Source: Lophium mytilinum (lineage: Eukaryota). From it: DNA of 64,000 bases. The position numbers were made by a program, and so were the translations under genes. Below, in pieces: positions 38,765-51,770 of this stretch (positions within the stretch are counted from its first letter, which is position 1; every line of letters starts with the position of its first letter). A model generated the notes under the pieces. That model did not search any database and was not told where the DNA came from. It was given only the letters and a program-made list of their open reading frames with translations. The stretch covers positions 1,124,882-1,188,881 of the forward strand of contig MU004192.1 in NCBI GenBank assembly GCA_010093605.1, given 5' to 3'.

Positions 38765-40098
38765 CAGTCGGTTGATAAAAGTATGTTCCGACTAACGCAC
38801 GGGCCTGAAAATCAAATTCTATAATCGAACGTCTATGTACAACAACGTGAGGAAATCAAGCCAAATTTAGTGTTAAGGCTCGCTCGGTCCTAGTACTTAG
38901 TTTACTAGCCCTTAGCCTTTCTTACTGCCTCTAGGCGCTTAGGCATGCTCTTAATAAGTAACCTAATAGTTAAATTAGATATCTTTATCTATACCTTTTT
39001 TAAAGCAGCCTTTAAGGTATTCTAATTCTTTTTTAAGTTACCTATTATAGCTAGCTCTAAATAAAGCTTATAGACTATCTTCTTAAGCGCCCACTATATA
39101 TACTTAATAGAGTTTAAGTCTAGTAAATAGAGGGGCTATTTAAGCATCTAAATTCTATAGGTTTCTAGCTAATTCTTAGTCTAATTAGTATTATAAATTA
39201 GCACATTATCTTATATAAAGATATGCCTAGATAGATACTATAGTAGTAGCTCTTTCTCTAAAGTTTAGGTATAGCTCTTATTTAAATACCTATTCTTCTT
39301 AGCTATAAAGTCCCTTTCTATAATAATTAGAGGTAACTAGCTAACCTAGCTACTTAGGGTTACCTAAATAGCCCTCTATACTATCTAGAATATTCTTTTA
39401 TTCTTCTTTTTCTCTATTACTATCTTAGGGTTAAATTTCTTATCTAGAAACTAAAAGTACTACTCTACCTACTTACTAGAACTCTATTAGACTAAATATT
39501 TATTAGTAAACTTAATAACCCGGCGTTTTTAATTAAAATTTCTATACCTTTTAGTAAATTAGCGTTATAAAATAGTATACTCCAGCTTTAGCTTAGGTCT
39601 CTTAGTATAATAGTAGTTTCTTAGGCTAAAACTCTAGAGAATCCGTGCTATAGTTCTTATAGAAGGGGGCTTAGCCCAGGCTAAGAGGCTAGCCTCTTTT
39701 ATTAGCTGGGAGTACTCTATTTTAGGGTATTTTTAAGTAAGCTAAAAGAGTATTCTCTTCTCCTGGACTATAGCTATTACTAGCCGGCCGCTTTAGGCTA
39801 AGAAAGTAGTAGTATTATAAAGTTTCTAGCGCTTAATTATATTATAGACTATCTTAGGAGAATAGCTAAATTCTATAGCTAGATCTTAATTAGTAACGCC
39901 GGCTTTATACTTTACTAGCATAGCTAAGCAAGTATTAGATGAAAGCTCTTTTAATCCTTAAGCGTTCCCGCTAATTTCCTGGCTAAAGGAACGTCGTGGT
40001 ATAGTGGTGGTGGTGTTGGAAGGTAAGAACGCGACGCGTTTAACGCGTTTTAGTGGGGTGCGCACAGTTCATCAGCACATACTTTTGTCTTAGTACTG
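38765..40098 (-). mobile_element. Tc1/mariner DNA transposon, full length (~1.33 kb), inactivated by RIP
   Basis: TA flanks on both sides (38763-64, 40099-100); imperfect TIRs CAGT-n5-GAYAAAAGTATGT; AT-rich, TpA-rich interior; transposase relic inside. Confidence 0.9.
38890..40002 (-). pseudogene. RIP-mutated Tc1-family DDE transposase
   Basis: Start ATG>ATA; relic motifs *SGRL (RSGRP), FI*DNVLIY (FMQDNAPIH), *PLYLLDLNSIKY (WPPYSPDLNPIEH), SMPKRLEAVRKAKG**TKY*; many TAA/TAG stops explicable by C>T/G>A. Confidence 0.9.
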
Positions 40099-42248
40099 TA
40101 TGTAAGTCCTGTCGTCGGACTAGAAGTTGGGGTCAAACTCCCTCAGTCATATCGCAAACTATTCCTTTTGGCGCGTGTGGCGCGTCAGTGACGATTTCTC
40201 GCGTTTCTACCACCAGCCTATGTCGGCCACTACCACGGACACGCGGAGAAGACCCTTAAGTTGCATATACTGATTCATTACGACGGATGTCTGATCCAAA
40301 GGACATACAAATTCTCTAAGATCCCGATGTTGTTTGCATTTGTTCAAGTATTTATATCTATATTCATTATAATTTACCCGCAGTTTCTACAGCTGATGAT
40401 TTCTCAACACTGACTTCACATCCTTTGATTAGCTAGTTCCAAAAGATCCCCAGCACGAAATACGTCAAATGACCCGGTCGCTTCCGCCCTCATGACCACG
40501 GACACATGGATCCAAATACATCTCGCTTTCAGATTCGCCAGCAGAATAAAGAACACGCCACCACGTCTCTAAGCTTCTTCCACACCCCTCATCTGACCGA
40601 CACCTGCGTAAGCCCAGCCTTGTCGAACCCCTGTGCCCTCTCCGCCGTCCAGTGCAGCGCACCGAGCAATCGCACTCGCAATTCGGTCCATTTCAGCAAA
40701 AATCGAAGATGTGACCATCTGCGAGAACATCGATAGTTGCCCAGCGATATTCTAGTGAGGACGGTCGAAGCTGAACAAGTGTAGTGCTACTTCATCCACG
40801 GTCACATCAGTGAGGACGCGCTTGATGGTGCTATCTGGCTATTCTGAGACGTGCCAATCCCGCGAACCCGGAACCAACATAATCCGCTGGCGGCGAGCGA
40901 TGTGAGATAACTTTGGTGACAAGTACAGCGAGGCCAGGTGATGATATATTACGCGTACAACAATCGAGCCGTCAAGCCAACAGGGTGAATAGGAGCCTTA
41001 GTGGTGAAGGTAGGTTAGTGCTTGTCACAGCCAAGCTTGACCGTTAGCTAATCAAATTCGAATTTACAACATAGAGCGGCATGAAAGTTGAAGTGATGTT
41101 CCCGTTGGTCTTCCCTGTTGCGGCCTGGTGAAGCACGTCAATTCCCCATTCGTATCCATGTGCGGAGCTTTCGAAGAAGACCTTTCAGAGAACCAGAGGG
41201 AGAGGCTCTGTACTTGAACCTTGCCGGCTATCGTCCGCAACCAGCAGATGACCGCAGATGGCGCTGGAGACTGTTGAAGGGTAGAGGCAGAGGACAGCGC
41301 AGTCTTGCTAAGGCTATTTCATTTCACGACTAGACCGAAGGAGGTTATCAAAGAACTGCAGTCGACTTGAAGATTTCCCAATACCTGAGGAGCGCAGGAT
41401 AAGGAATGGGACCATCACTTACTGGACACATGGGTTGTTGTCGCTGGAGAAAAGTTAATCACCAATTGTGGTCTAGAAAAAGGATAGAGAGAGTGGAAAT
41501 ACTTACTGCTTATAGAAGCGCTGGCTAAGGCAGCGGCTTGGAAGCCCAAAAGTAGACAGTCGAATGCTCTTCGATATAAGTGCACTCTCGACTACATTTG
41601 TCTGTAACGCTTCGATGTATCTATGGAGTCCGCATGTGCACTGTCTCGATCGTGCTTAACAATATATTCTACGGAGACGCCTAGCCGCGTCAGACAGCGT
41701 TATGCTGCAAGCTGCGAATACAACGATGAATGCAAGAAGCCCGTAAAATACACATTCCTACCAAGGGGTCCAGAGCTGGTGTTGGCGGGATGGGAGGCGA
41801 GGAGGGGTGCCTGGCCGGATTAACTCGGACCGACGCGCCCAGGGTCTTGGTTGGTGGCGGGCAGCTGGTGGCAGCGTGGATGACAATGACTTGAGAGAAG
41901 GCTCTCGAAGACATCACTCCCTTTTGCTCTTGGTTTGTTTCCTCCACGCAGCGTCGACGTTTTCGACGCGAGGGCCGCATAGGCTCTGCTTCTTCGGCTT
42001 TGCATGTCTCGTCCTTGAGGCTCAACTTCATTGCCATTCTCGGCCCGGCAGCTCTACAGCACTACCTACATTTACGGTGGATATTGTTCAACTGCTCTAC
42101 TTTCCCTGATTCTTCATCACCGCCACGAGCTTGCCCAATATTCAGGGCGTTCCGGGGATCAACCTGCAGCTCCAACCACTCGGTACATCTCGTAATAAGA
42201 CAGCTATCCTGCCTGCGAACTCAAACTAACACCACTCTCTAGTCCAGC

Positions 42249-45200
42249 ATGTTCACGACGTTTAGCGGAAGCACGCGGCGGCCCCGTCAAGTCAACCTCT
42301 CCGGCCGCGGCTCTAGCAGCTTCGGAAATGTGGGCTCTGGATCTGGATCGCAAGCTGCCTTGGATCGTGCGCAACAAGAACGACAGCAGCGCCAACGCGA
42401 GCGAGACAGGCTACGAGCGGCGAGGCTTCTACAACGAGCATGGAGGGGGCATTCGACCCGACAAGACATTCGCAGAGATCTCCGACAACAATGGGATGCC
42501 ATAGAGGATTCCGTCTCGCATCCGCAAGCATACGCCTCGGCGACTGAGGCTCTGGAACAACTGCAGCGGCTTCTCAATTTTGCGCAGACAAGAAACGAGG
42601 AGGATACTCAGCGCATAAAACATTTTGGCGCCCGTCAAATGCAGACTGTCCAGGTCCAAGGGATCGATTGCTCGAGCGAGCCATGGCCGTTGGCTTATCT
42701 CAGGCTTGAGAAGAAGATTCTGGTCGTATTAGACCGGCGCTGCAAGGAACATAATACTCCATGGGAAAGCTACACTGGCCTAGTCAAACTCTTGCAGTTC
42801 CTAGCTGAGCGAATACCCGCAGAAACCGCCCAGAATGCGAAACACTTCTACAGTACTCTTGCAGCGATTGCCCAATTGTTTACCATGAGCTACGTGGCGT
42901 CGGATAGAAACTCGGAACTAGTTCCCGGGGACGACTTCAACGATTCCAAATCTTTCGCGCTCGTAATAGAGACGGCTTTAACTCCATTGAAAACTTTCGC
43001 GGCATATACCATCAACGCCTACGAAGCCTTTGGCGCCTCATTCCTTACTATACCCATTGTGACTCGGATTGACGACACGAACCTACCCAATCAGATATTA
43101 CCTTGGCTCGCAGACCACGTCAACTATAAACTTCTGGCAAGCGCGCTTAGCACTATGATCAATACGGCCGGGTTCGGAGCATATCCAGAGCTCACAGAAC
43201 CCTTAGGTCGAGGCCGGCTCCTGGCATGTTTCATTTACTTTCACCGACAAGCTCACAACTTCAACAACCCTCAAGCGTACTCTTCGCACAAAGATTTTGT
43301 CTCTGTTGTATCTGCCTTGCTGAATTCCCTCCTGCCCACCGAGAACGTAGAGAGACAGACTCCCGACCCAGACCAGCCGGAGGATATTGATACGCCAGGG
43401 CCTCATCGTACTGGAAACACTTTCCTGCGAGAACAAATACAGTCGCTAGTGAACCAAGAGAGCGTCGGAAGCTTGTTGTCGAGCTCCTCTTCGGAGCCAG
43501 CATCCTCCCACGATGAGAAAGTCGAGGAGGCTCGACAGCTCGCAAATTACGCACTTTCACTCCTTCGCTTCTTCCCACATAGAGGTGATGACATTCGAAT
43601 GTGGCTTTATCTAGGGCCGTCACCTTCCAACTCTGAAGGATCTTCACAAGCGTTGCCTGCGATTCGGTACTTTTGGGAGGCTACTAAGAGATCCAACATA
43701 TTCAACTCTATCATTCGAGACTCACGAGCAGCCATCGAACTGTTGAAATCAAAGCCCTCAGCGACAGAACATGGTTGGCACGCGCCGAACTCCGACGTGA
43801 CGCCCTTGTCTCCTACTAGTGACGAATGGAGAGTAATCCTAGTATTTCTTGAACTTTACACGTTCGTTCTCAAGGTCATGGACGACGAGGAATTCTTTTC
43901 CGGAAACAACACTGGGTATACGAGTCGGGCCGCCTCCTCATTGATGACTCGCGATAACGCTTTGCCACTCACAGACGTCAAAGATCTCACGACGTTTCTC
44001 AAGAACTTAGGATTCACGTTGTACTTCAACGCGGTTGACATTGTCGATTCCGAGGACCAGGACTTAACCAGATCTGCTTCGTTTCACTTTTCCAACAGTT
44101 CCGCCCAAGTTTCGGAGCTGCTGCAGCAAACAATGAAGGCGGTAGAGCCGTCGGTAGGAGGTGTAACTGGCCTGACCATCGACTACATGAAGGGTCTGGT
44201 GACTGGTCTACTTCGTATGGTGTATGAACGAGATTCGCGGCGAAATTTCCTCCCTTCGAATCATTGGTTAATGACGTCGAGACTTGACATGACGGGCTTC
44301 ATTCCAACGGTAGTTGAAGAAGAAGAAAGCCGTCACAGAATCGAGGAAGAGGATATCGAAGATACGTTTCAGGATGACGACGAAGAGGAGTCAGAAGACA
44401 CAAACCATATCATTGGCACGAACCGTGCACAACAAGCCCGGCGGTTAGACCGACTGCAACGACAACAGCGCAAGGCTTCACGGAGGAGGTATCTTCAAGC
44501 TGTCGCGCCTCGACTAGAGATTCTGCAAAACATGCCGTTCCTGATCCCTTTTACAACACGAGTTCAGATCTTCCGGGAGTTTGTTTCTTTGAACATGGTC
44601 AGCTATTTTTTATTATTCTGTTGTTAGTCGCATTTGCTAACAAAAATTAGACTAAACGTAGAGGGAGTTCCGACCCAGAGATGTGGCGCATTCTGATGAT
44701 GAACCGTCCAGATGCGCCGCAACAGTTCGAAAAACACCACGCAAAGATCCAACGAGGGAATGAATTTGAAGATGCATTGGACCAATTCTACGATCTGGGC
44801 GAAGGCCTCAAAGAGCCCATTCAGATTACGTTCGTCGATCAATTCGATACCCCAGAAGCTGGTATTGACGGCGGTGGAGTAACGAAAGAATTTTTGACAA
44901 GCGTCACGCAGAAGGCTTTCAATCCCTCGGATGGAGTCGACCTGTTCATCGACAATGACCAACATCTCCTCTATCCCAATCCCTCGGCTGTCGAGGAGGA
45001 GAGAGAGAGTCTTCGCGAAAAAGGACTTGAGGACAATGCAGTCGCTTTTCGCATGGCGCTCGTGAAGCTCCTACAACGTTACGAGTTCATGGGTCGCATC
45101 ATTGGCAAGTGTCTCTATGAAGGCATTTTGGTTGATGTGAATTTTGCGCCTTTCTTCCTCCGAAAGTGGGCTCTGACGGGCGGATCCGGGTCTGCTCCCA

Positions 45201-45997
45201 ACGAATCAGGATATCGCGCGACGCTCAATGATCTCCGTGACCTGGACGAGGAACTCTATGATGGACTTGTAAGTTACAGCCCTATTCTAATGTAGGAAGA
45301 TGACTAACCTGCTGTGCAGCACCAACTTAAGAACTACGACGGGGATGTTGAAGACTTCTCTCTCAACTTTACCGTAACAGATACCATCCGGAGGGCCGAC
45401 GATCGCGGCGGTACGAAAACTGTTACGAGGGAACTGAAGCCCGATGGCTCCAACATACCCGTCACAAATCGTAATCGCCTGGTTTACATATCATACGTGG
45501 CCCGTCATCGCCTTCAGAACGAACCTGCGATGCAAACAAACGCCTTCCTTCGTGGTCTCTCGACCATGATAAATCCGGCGTGGCTCAGCATGTTCAATCA
45601 CAGCGAGTTACAGACCCTAGTCGGCGGTACCTCGTCTTCCATCGACGTGGACGATCTTCGTCGCAACACAATCTACGGAGGCGTCTATCAGCGAGGTGAT
45701 GATAGTCGTGATCATCCAACCATCGATCTTTTCTGGCGTGTCATGGAACAGTTCAACGACGGAGAACGTCGTGCCGTACTGAAGTTTGTCACCTCAACCC
45801 CACGATCACCTCTGTTAGGATTCGGCACACTCCGTCCACCGTTCAGTATCCGAGACGCGGGTGGCGACGAAGAGAGGCTGCCGAGCGCGAGTACCTGCGT
45901 CAACCTCTTGAAGCTCCCCATCTACAAGGACGAGAATGTGCTCAAAGAGAAACTTCTCTACTCGGTGTTCTCTGGGGCCGGATTCGACTTGTCATAG
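42249..45997 (+). CDS. HUL5: IQ-motif HECT E3 ubiquitin ligase (Hul5/UBE3C-like), 2 introns
   Basis: AARLLQRAWRGH (IQ), LEILQNMPFLIPFTTRVQIFREF, EAGIDGGGVTKEF, LKFVTSTPRSPLLGF, LPSASTCVNLLKLP, GAGFDLS*. Confidence 0.92.
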
Positions 45998-46414
45998 ACA
46001 GTCAACATTTGCACGCAACGAACAGGGACGGTGACACGATGCGGCGTTACTAAGGCCGCTTATAGACTAATTAAGCCCTGGAAAGCGTGTTACTTGGTCA
46101 ATCCAAGTTGTACATTTTGGCGTGGAATTATGATGCTTTTGGCACCAGGGCTAGTGGAAAGTTGGCCACTTGTTTGGCTTTTTCCTGAAATGGTTGCGCT
46201 ACAGCCCGTAGGTACTAGGTTGCTGTACAGCATCAGCCGTACATTGTAGGTAGCAAAAATGATCCAGGATATTTTCTTGGTCATGAATGTGTCTTCTTCT
46301 CGTGTATTGCTCTGGTAAAGTGATACCTCAGTCTGTGTACGATTTGCTGCTATTGTCAAGGGGGGTGCTGGAGATTTCAATTACGGTGTCCTGTTAAAGG
46401 TTTGTGCCAGCCGT

Positions 46415-46700
46415 TCACCGCTGCTTGGGGTACTCCTATCGGGCTCTCAAATTGAGATCACGATGTCAAAGCCAGTACAACAGAACTCAGACTACCTCAT
46501 GAATGGTCAGCTCTGTGCTGGCTGGGCTACTCCTTACAGTGGTGTCCAGCGAGCAAGAGCATACCCATGTAGGGCTTTGATGCATCCCAGGACAATCCAA
46601 TGGTTGGTGCAGTAGAAATCAGGCTACCACTTGACTGCCAGGCTGCATGCTAGCTAGGTACCTCTTACAGTGGTGTATAGCAAGCAAGATCGGGGCCCGA
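46415..46700. repeat. Dispersed-motif cluster with a 131-bp-spaced direct repeat
   Basis: accgctgcttggggtac (46417, reverse); tgctggctgggctactccttacagtggtgtccagcgagcaaga and tgctagctaggtacctcttacagtggtgtatagcaagcaaga (ttacagtggtgt at 46534 and 46665). Confidence 0.75.
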
Positions 46701-47149
46701 ACAGTGTAAATCCGGGTCTCCAATACTATAACCTCGTACAGTATGCTTGTAGACACCCGCACAAAGCGGAAGCTTAGGATTTTAATTTACCGGTAGAAGA
46801 GGAAGATTTCACATGAGCTTCTAACGAAGTGCCGGCTCTTTTGTCAGATTTGTTGGAAGATACCACAATCCTACATTCACCTACATTAACGTCACTTGCG
46901 ATGGCAATTTTCACGCCTCTTAGCGAGCAGATGGTCGCCTAATTACCTGTCTATAAGAGGGAGCAGCTCACATGACTTTGCTGGCTCAACTACTTAAACT
47001 TAAAATCTGGTTCAACCACCCACCTTCACCCGTGGACCTCAACCGAACCACCTGTCCTCCGCCTCCACCACCACAACATCCTCCATCAACACAACCTCCA
47101 ACATCACATCTTGTACCCGCAACGTGTCGCCGCGAGGCCACTCAACGGC

Positions 47150-48739
47150 ATGAAGGCTTTCATCAAGGCAATGCGAGCCCTGCCTCGGGGCCGCGCCGTG
47201 CATGACCGGCTGCTGAAGCCCGCCGCGTCCCCGCAACACTGTGACATCGAGCGCCAGGTGCTCAAGGCCAAGAACGACGAGCTGGAGAGTGTGCTTGAGG
47301 TGATCAAGTCGGACATCAAAGCGCTACAGCGAAAGCACGATGCTCTGGACGATGACTACACGAAGCTCATCTTCAAGCATACCGCATCCAAAGCTGTGCG
47401 TGACCATCTCAAAGTCTCAAAAGAACATTTGGAGCGTGAGCTTGGGGCGGCAAAGGACTACATCAAGACACTCCAGTCTATCTACGATGCACTTGATGCT
47501 GAATATACGAAAGTCAAGACTCAGCTGGAGATATCGAACGCTAAGATCGAGACTCTCAACTCAACGTTGTCGGCGAAGAATGGCCAGATCCAGTACCTCA
47601 TCGGGCAGTATGACAGACAGTATGTCTCGGCAGCCGAGAAGTTTCTCGCTGAGAAGGGCTTTGTGCAAGGAGCATTGCAGGGTCTTCAGTCTCGGTTCTC
47701 CCCAGGCCAAGTTCTCCTTGATGCACATATCAATCGGATGTCCGCTTTTCGCTTGATGAAATTACCCGGAGAGCTTCGCAATCGCATCTACGAGTTCGCG
47801 CTTGTGCTCGGCCATCCTGTCGACCTTTGGCCTATCAACGGGTTCGCTCTCGGCCTGTCCAACTTGGTATCAAAGCCTCCCATCAAGAGCCGCGATGAAA
47901 TCCTCCAGAAAGACCTCGCGAACATCAACATCGCCTTGCTACGTGTCTCGAAGCAAGTGTACAAGGAAACTGTTGGGATGCTATATGGCCACAACACCTT
48001 TCAGTTTTCGGGCCACGAAGCATTCGTTCCAATGACAGCATTCCTCCGGCACATCGGCTCTGGGTGCAACTTTATCACATCAATATCAATTGAATGCCCC
48101 AGAGACTCCTTTCAAACTGTCAATCGTTCATGGAAGCTGGACGAGGATAAGAACGAGTTCATGCAGGAAAAAGAATCTGCTCTGGACGCGTTCTACAGGC
48201 GGCTTAGAGTGTCTGGATACTACTCTGTCATAGGACATCCTCACGAGAGCTTCGTGGTTGGGGAAGGAGAACGAATCCTTGGCAGACTGCCAGCCCTCAG
48301 ATCTTTCACGATGCTCGTTCCTCATGCCATGGCAATACGATCTTCCTCATACTTGGTCAGAGAGAACGTCAACCGTAGAGTCGATATGCTGCGCTGGGAA
48401 GCCGATGCGCAGACGAAGCAGTTCGCAGCAGCCACAGCAGCAGGCACCCAAGTAGAGAAGTCTGTGGTTTTCATCAGGCGACACGAGACGCAGCCAAAGA
48501 TTTACAAGGATGTTTGGGACAAGGTTACCGACCTTGATGACGAGAAACAGATGGGCTGGGAGGACTTCAAGAAGGTGAAAGAGCACTATGGCTGGAAGAT
48601 TGAGCACGCGTCGTACACCATGCAACCGGATGGCCCTGCCTTCATTGTCGACAAGCCCAAGCCTCTGCGTGTGGAGCAGGCTCACCAAGTCGAGTCAGAT
48701 AAGGACGATGAACCGTTCCCACTCGATTATGTCGCTTGA
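47150..48739 (+). CDS. Intronless hypothetical protein: N-terminal coiled coil followed by an F-box-like domain
   Basis: Heptad-rich ~150 aa; FRLMKLPGELRNRIYEFAL...ALLRVSKQVYKETVGMLYGHNTFQF, typical of fungal F-box-like families; first ATG at 47150. Confidence 0.75.
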   Translation: MKAFIKAMRALPRGRAVHDRLLKPAASPQHCDIERQVLKAKNDELESVLEVIKSDIKALQRKHDALDDDYTKLIFKHTASKAVRDHLKVSKEHLERELGAAKDYIKTLQSIYDALDAEYTKVKTQLEISNAKIETLNSTLSAKNGQIQYLIGQYDRQYVSAAEKFLAEKGFVQGALQGLQSRFSPGQVLLDAHINRMSAFRLMKLPGELRNRIYEFALVLGHPVDLWPINGFALGLSNLVSKPPIKSRDEILQKDLANINIALLRVSKQVYKETVGMLYGHNTFQFSGHEAFVPMTAFLRHIGSGCNFITSISIECPRDSFQTVNRSWKLDEDKNEFMQEKESALDAFYRRLRVSGYYSVIGHPHESFVVGEGERILGRLPALRSFTMLVPHAMAIRSSSYLVRENVNRRVDMLRWEADAQTKQFAAATAAGTQVEKSVVFIRRHETQPKIYKDVWDKVTDLDDEKQMGWEDFKKVKEHYGWKIEHASYTMQPDGPAFIVDKPKPLRVEQAHQVESDKDDEPFPLDYVA

Positions 48740-49324
48740 AACTGCAGGCAGCGTAGCGATGGGTGGACATGGGGGCTATGTAGCGTCACGACGAGTAGGC
48801 TAATACCTACTACCCCTTGCGGGCAATAAACTCGTAGTTGAAACAAATGCAGAAGAAGAGCCGTAAACGTGACCGCTGACCTATGTGACTAACGTTGAGG
48901 TACCTTAAACACTACTATATGTCACGACGCGTATTCATTGAGTGATAATGTGTGGCCTGCACTGTACCTTAGGAGACGTGGAGGATCACGACGTGTGTTC
49001 CTTTAGTGAGAACTTGCGACCCGCAGCGTGTTTTAGTGGACGTGGAGGTCACTACTTCTACCACTTGTTCCGGTTTAAATGGCGGAGTTTTCGGTTCTAC
49101 TTCCTGATGATCCAGTTGTTTCCCACGCGGCGTGACCATATTTGAACGACGTGTTCGGGTCTAATGTAGCTTTTTAACACCTTACGTTGTTCATAAGAAT
49201 GTACTCTATGGAGAGTTGGCCGACCTTTTGCACAAGTTGCAGAAGCAAGACCAATAGTTAATGTATGAAGCGACTAATAGTAGATTTTACTCTTGAGCCA
49301 TGACTATAGGATGCACCTTTAATA

Positions 49325-49930
49325 AGGGGCAAGTAGACAGATCGTTTGATATCCGGCTCGCACTGTTTGAGGTGCCCTAATGCATGAAACCAGAATATGA
49401 TGTCAAATGCTTAAGACCGTGAATTGCACCTACTCTATTAATATTACTTCTAAGCTAATACTATGTGGCAAAGGTTTAAAGGGGTCTAGTAGACGGTAGG
49501 TTTGAACTTCGTTCAGCGCTGTTCGAGGTAGCCTGATGCTTGATAGGAAACCAAATTACAATGTCAAAATTTCAAGACCGTGAATTGAACCTACGTTATC
49601 AGTGTCACTGGCGAGCCATTACCATGTGATGGAGCTACAATATAGGTCTAGTAAACGGTATATTTGTACTTCGTTCAGCACTCTTTGAGGTGCCCTAACG
49701 CATGATACCAATCCAGAATATAATTTCAAATGCTCAAGACCGTGAATTGCACCTACGTTATTAGTGTCACCCGTGAGCCATCATTATCTGATGAAGCTTC
49801 GAACACGGGCCAGTAGATAGTGTATTTGAACTTCATCTACCACTGTTTGAGGTGCCCTGATGCATGATGTGAAACCAGAACACAATGTCAAATGCTCTGG
49901 ACCGTGATTTGCACCTGCATTACCAGTGTC
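49325..49930. repeat. ~162-bp tandem array, 4 units, carrying the dispersed motif
   Basis: cactgtttgaggtgccc or close variants at 49361, 49517, 49679, 49841; gaccgtga(a/t)ttg at 49415, 49576, 49738, 49900. Confidence 0.92.
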
Positions 49931-50044
49931 TGTATTCCGAGGCCTAGCACAACGCTAGTGTGCAACACAGTGAATTACACAAACGAATGAGCAATTTGGC
50001 TACGCTCGTATCGCAGATCACGGACCCTTACGCAAATCCATAGC

Positions 50045-50450
50045 TACAGTACTAGGCCATACGTTTGGACACACGAATAGATATGACTGCTTTAGTGCCG
50101 CCTTTGCAGGCTGGATACCACTGTCAGGGGCAGCCCCATTGCGAGGATACCTCTCAGTCAATAGGAAGATAAGATTACACCTCTTAAACTTGACTCGACG
50201 CCTGAATTGTGCTCCGTCCATACTGTAGGGGCACTCCTGACAGCGGTAAACGAGTGCCCAAATTGATGACCATAGATATACAATACTAGGCCATGTGTTT
50301 GGGCACACGGATGTCACTTCTTGAGTGTCGCTTTCGCACGCTGGACGGCACTGTCAGGGGCGGTCCCAATGTGAGGATATTTTTTGGTCAATAGGAAGCT
50401 CAAATTGCACTACTTATCCCACGGGGGCACCCCTATCAGTGGCAAACGAG
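50045..50450. repeat. ~230-bp tandem duplication with inverted motif pairs
   Basis: tactaggccat..gtttgg.cacacg at 50050 and 50284; cactgtcagggg at 50119 and 50349; gtcaataggaag at 50157 and 50387; gggcactcctgacagcgg (~50229), gggcacccctatcagtgg (~50425). Confidence 0.85.
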
Positions 50451-50925
50451 GTGCACGGAGTTGTGGTCGGAGATCGATGTCGGCGTCCCGAGTCCCAGGC
50501 CGATGTTGTTCCTCCGAACCTCGGGTGGGCCGGCACTATTCCGAGTCTACCTAGGCACTCTCCAACCAGGCCTGGCCCTGGATGCATGACCGGACTACCT
50601 ACACAGTCACAGGTCTCGTGGCGGCTTGTTTTTCTACCTAACACGCGGAGGCGCCTTCTACCAGCGGTATGTCTACATAGCACTCGGAAGCCGCCCGGCG
50701 TCCCGCGCGGATCCGCACACCTTCCCTCAGTCATTAGGGTCATTCTTCTGTCCCGAGACGCCGACAACGGCGGGGTTTTCTTCATCGTTGCTTCCGCTTA
50801 CAAACTTATTGACCAACACTTGCTAAGTGTCGTCAACACAGCGTCTTCTACAGTTCACACTTAGATCAAGACGAGGCTTTATATGCCGAAGACCGTAACT
50901 AGCCAGTCCTCGTGCTCACGTCTCA

Positions 50926-51770
50926 ATGCCTGGATCAACGAACGGGACTGCCTCTGCGGCGGCGCAGAATGGCGTCAACAGCAACACGATTAACAGTCTC
51001 CTCAATTCCAGCAATGGCAATGGCACCGCTACAGTCTCCCACCACGCATTCGACTCTATAGAAGACACCATCGCCGCATTCGGTTTGGCTGCCTCCCCCA
51101 ATCCACCATTAACAAACACTGACTCCTCAAAGCGCGCGACGATTTCGTGGTTGTCCTCGACTCACCCTCCCGAGAGAACGAAGGCGACCTGATCATCGCT
51201 GCGTCTGCCCTCACGCCCGCCAAAATGGCTTTCATGATCCGCTACACATCCGGCTACATCTGCGCCCCCCTCTCTGTTACCCGCGCCGCTGCGCTGCATC
51301 TCCCGCAGATGGTAGAGAACAGCACCGACCCAAATCGCACCGCGTATACCGTGTCGGTGGATGCGATAGGGCCGGAGATGAGCACGGGCATCAGTGCGTC
51401 AGATCGCGCCCAGACGTGCCGCATGCTAGCAGACCCCAACATGAGCCACACCAACTTCCGGAGACCGGGTCACATACTGCCCCTGCAGGCGCGAGATGGT
51501 GGCGTAAGAGTGCGGAGGGGACACACGGAGGCGGCGGTGGAACTTTGCAGACTGGCGGGAAAGCAGCAGGTTGGGGCGATTTGCGAGCTGATCTCGGACG
51601 GCGAGGTGGTTGCTGGCACGCCGGAGATGGTCGGTGGGGGGATGATGCGGACGGAGGAGTGCTTGGCCTTTGGCAGGAAATGGGGACTCAAGGTTTGCAC
51701 TATCGAGGATCTAGTGACGTATATCGAGAAGACTGAGGGTAAGCTTGGCGTGGAGGGCAGTGACTACTAA
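50926..51770 (+). CDS. RIB3: 3,4-dihydroxy-2-butanone 4-phosphate synthase, 1 intron
   Basis: FDSIEDTIAAF|..FVVVLDSPSRENEGDLI, TAYTVSVDA, TGISASDRA, FRRPGHILPL, RRGHTEAAVELCRLAG. Confidence 0.96.

Noticed and set aside
40500..41500. Possible gene relic between the transposon and HUL5
   Set aside because: Only short ORFs, no consistent frame or recognisable domain
49490..49520. tRNA B-box-like ggtttgaac
   Set aside because: Part of the 162-bp repeat; no cloverleaf can be formed
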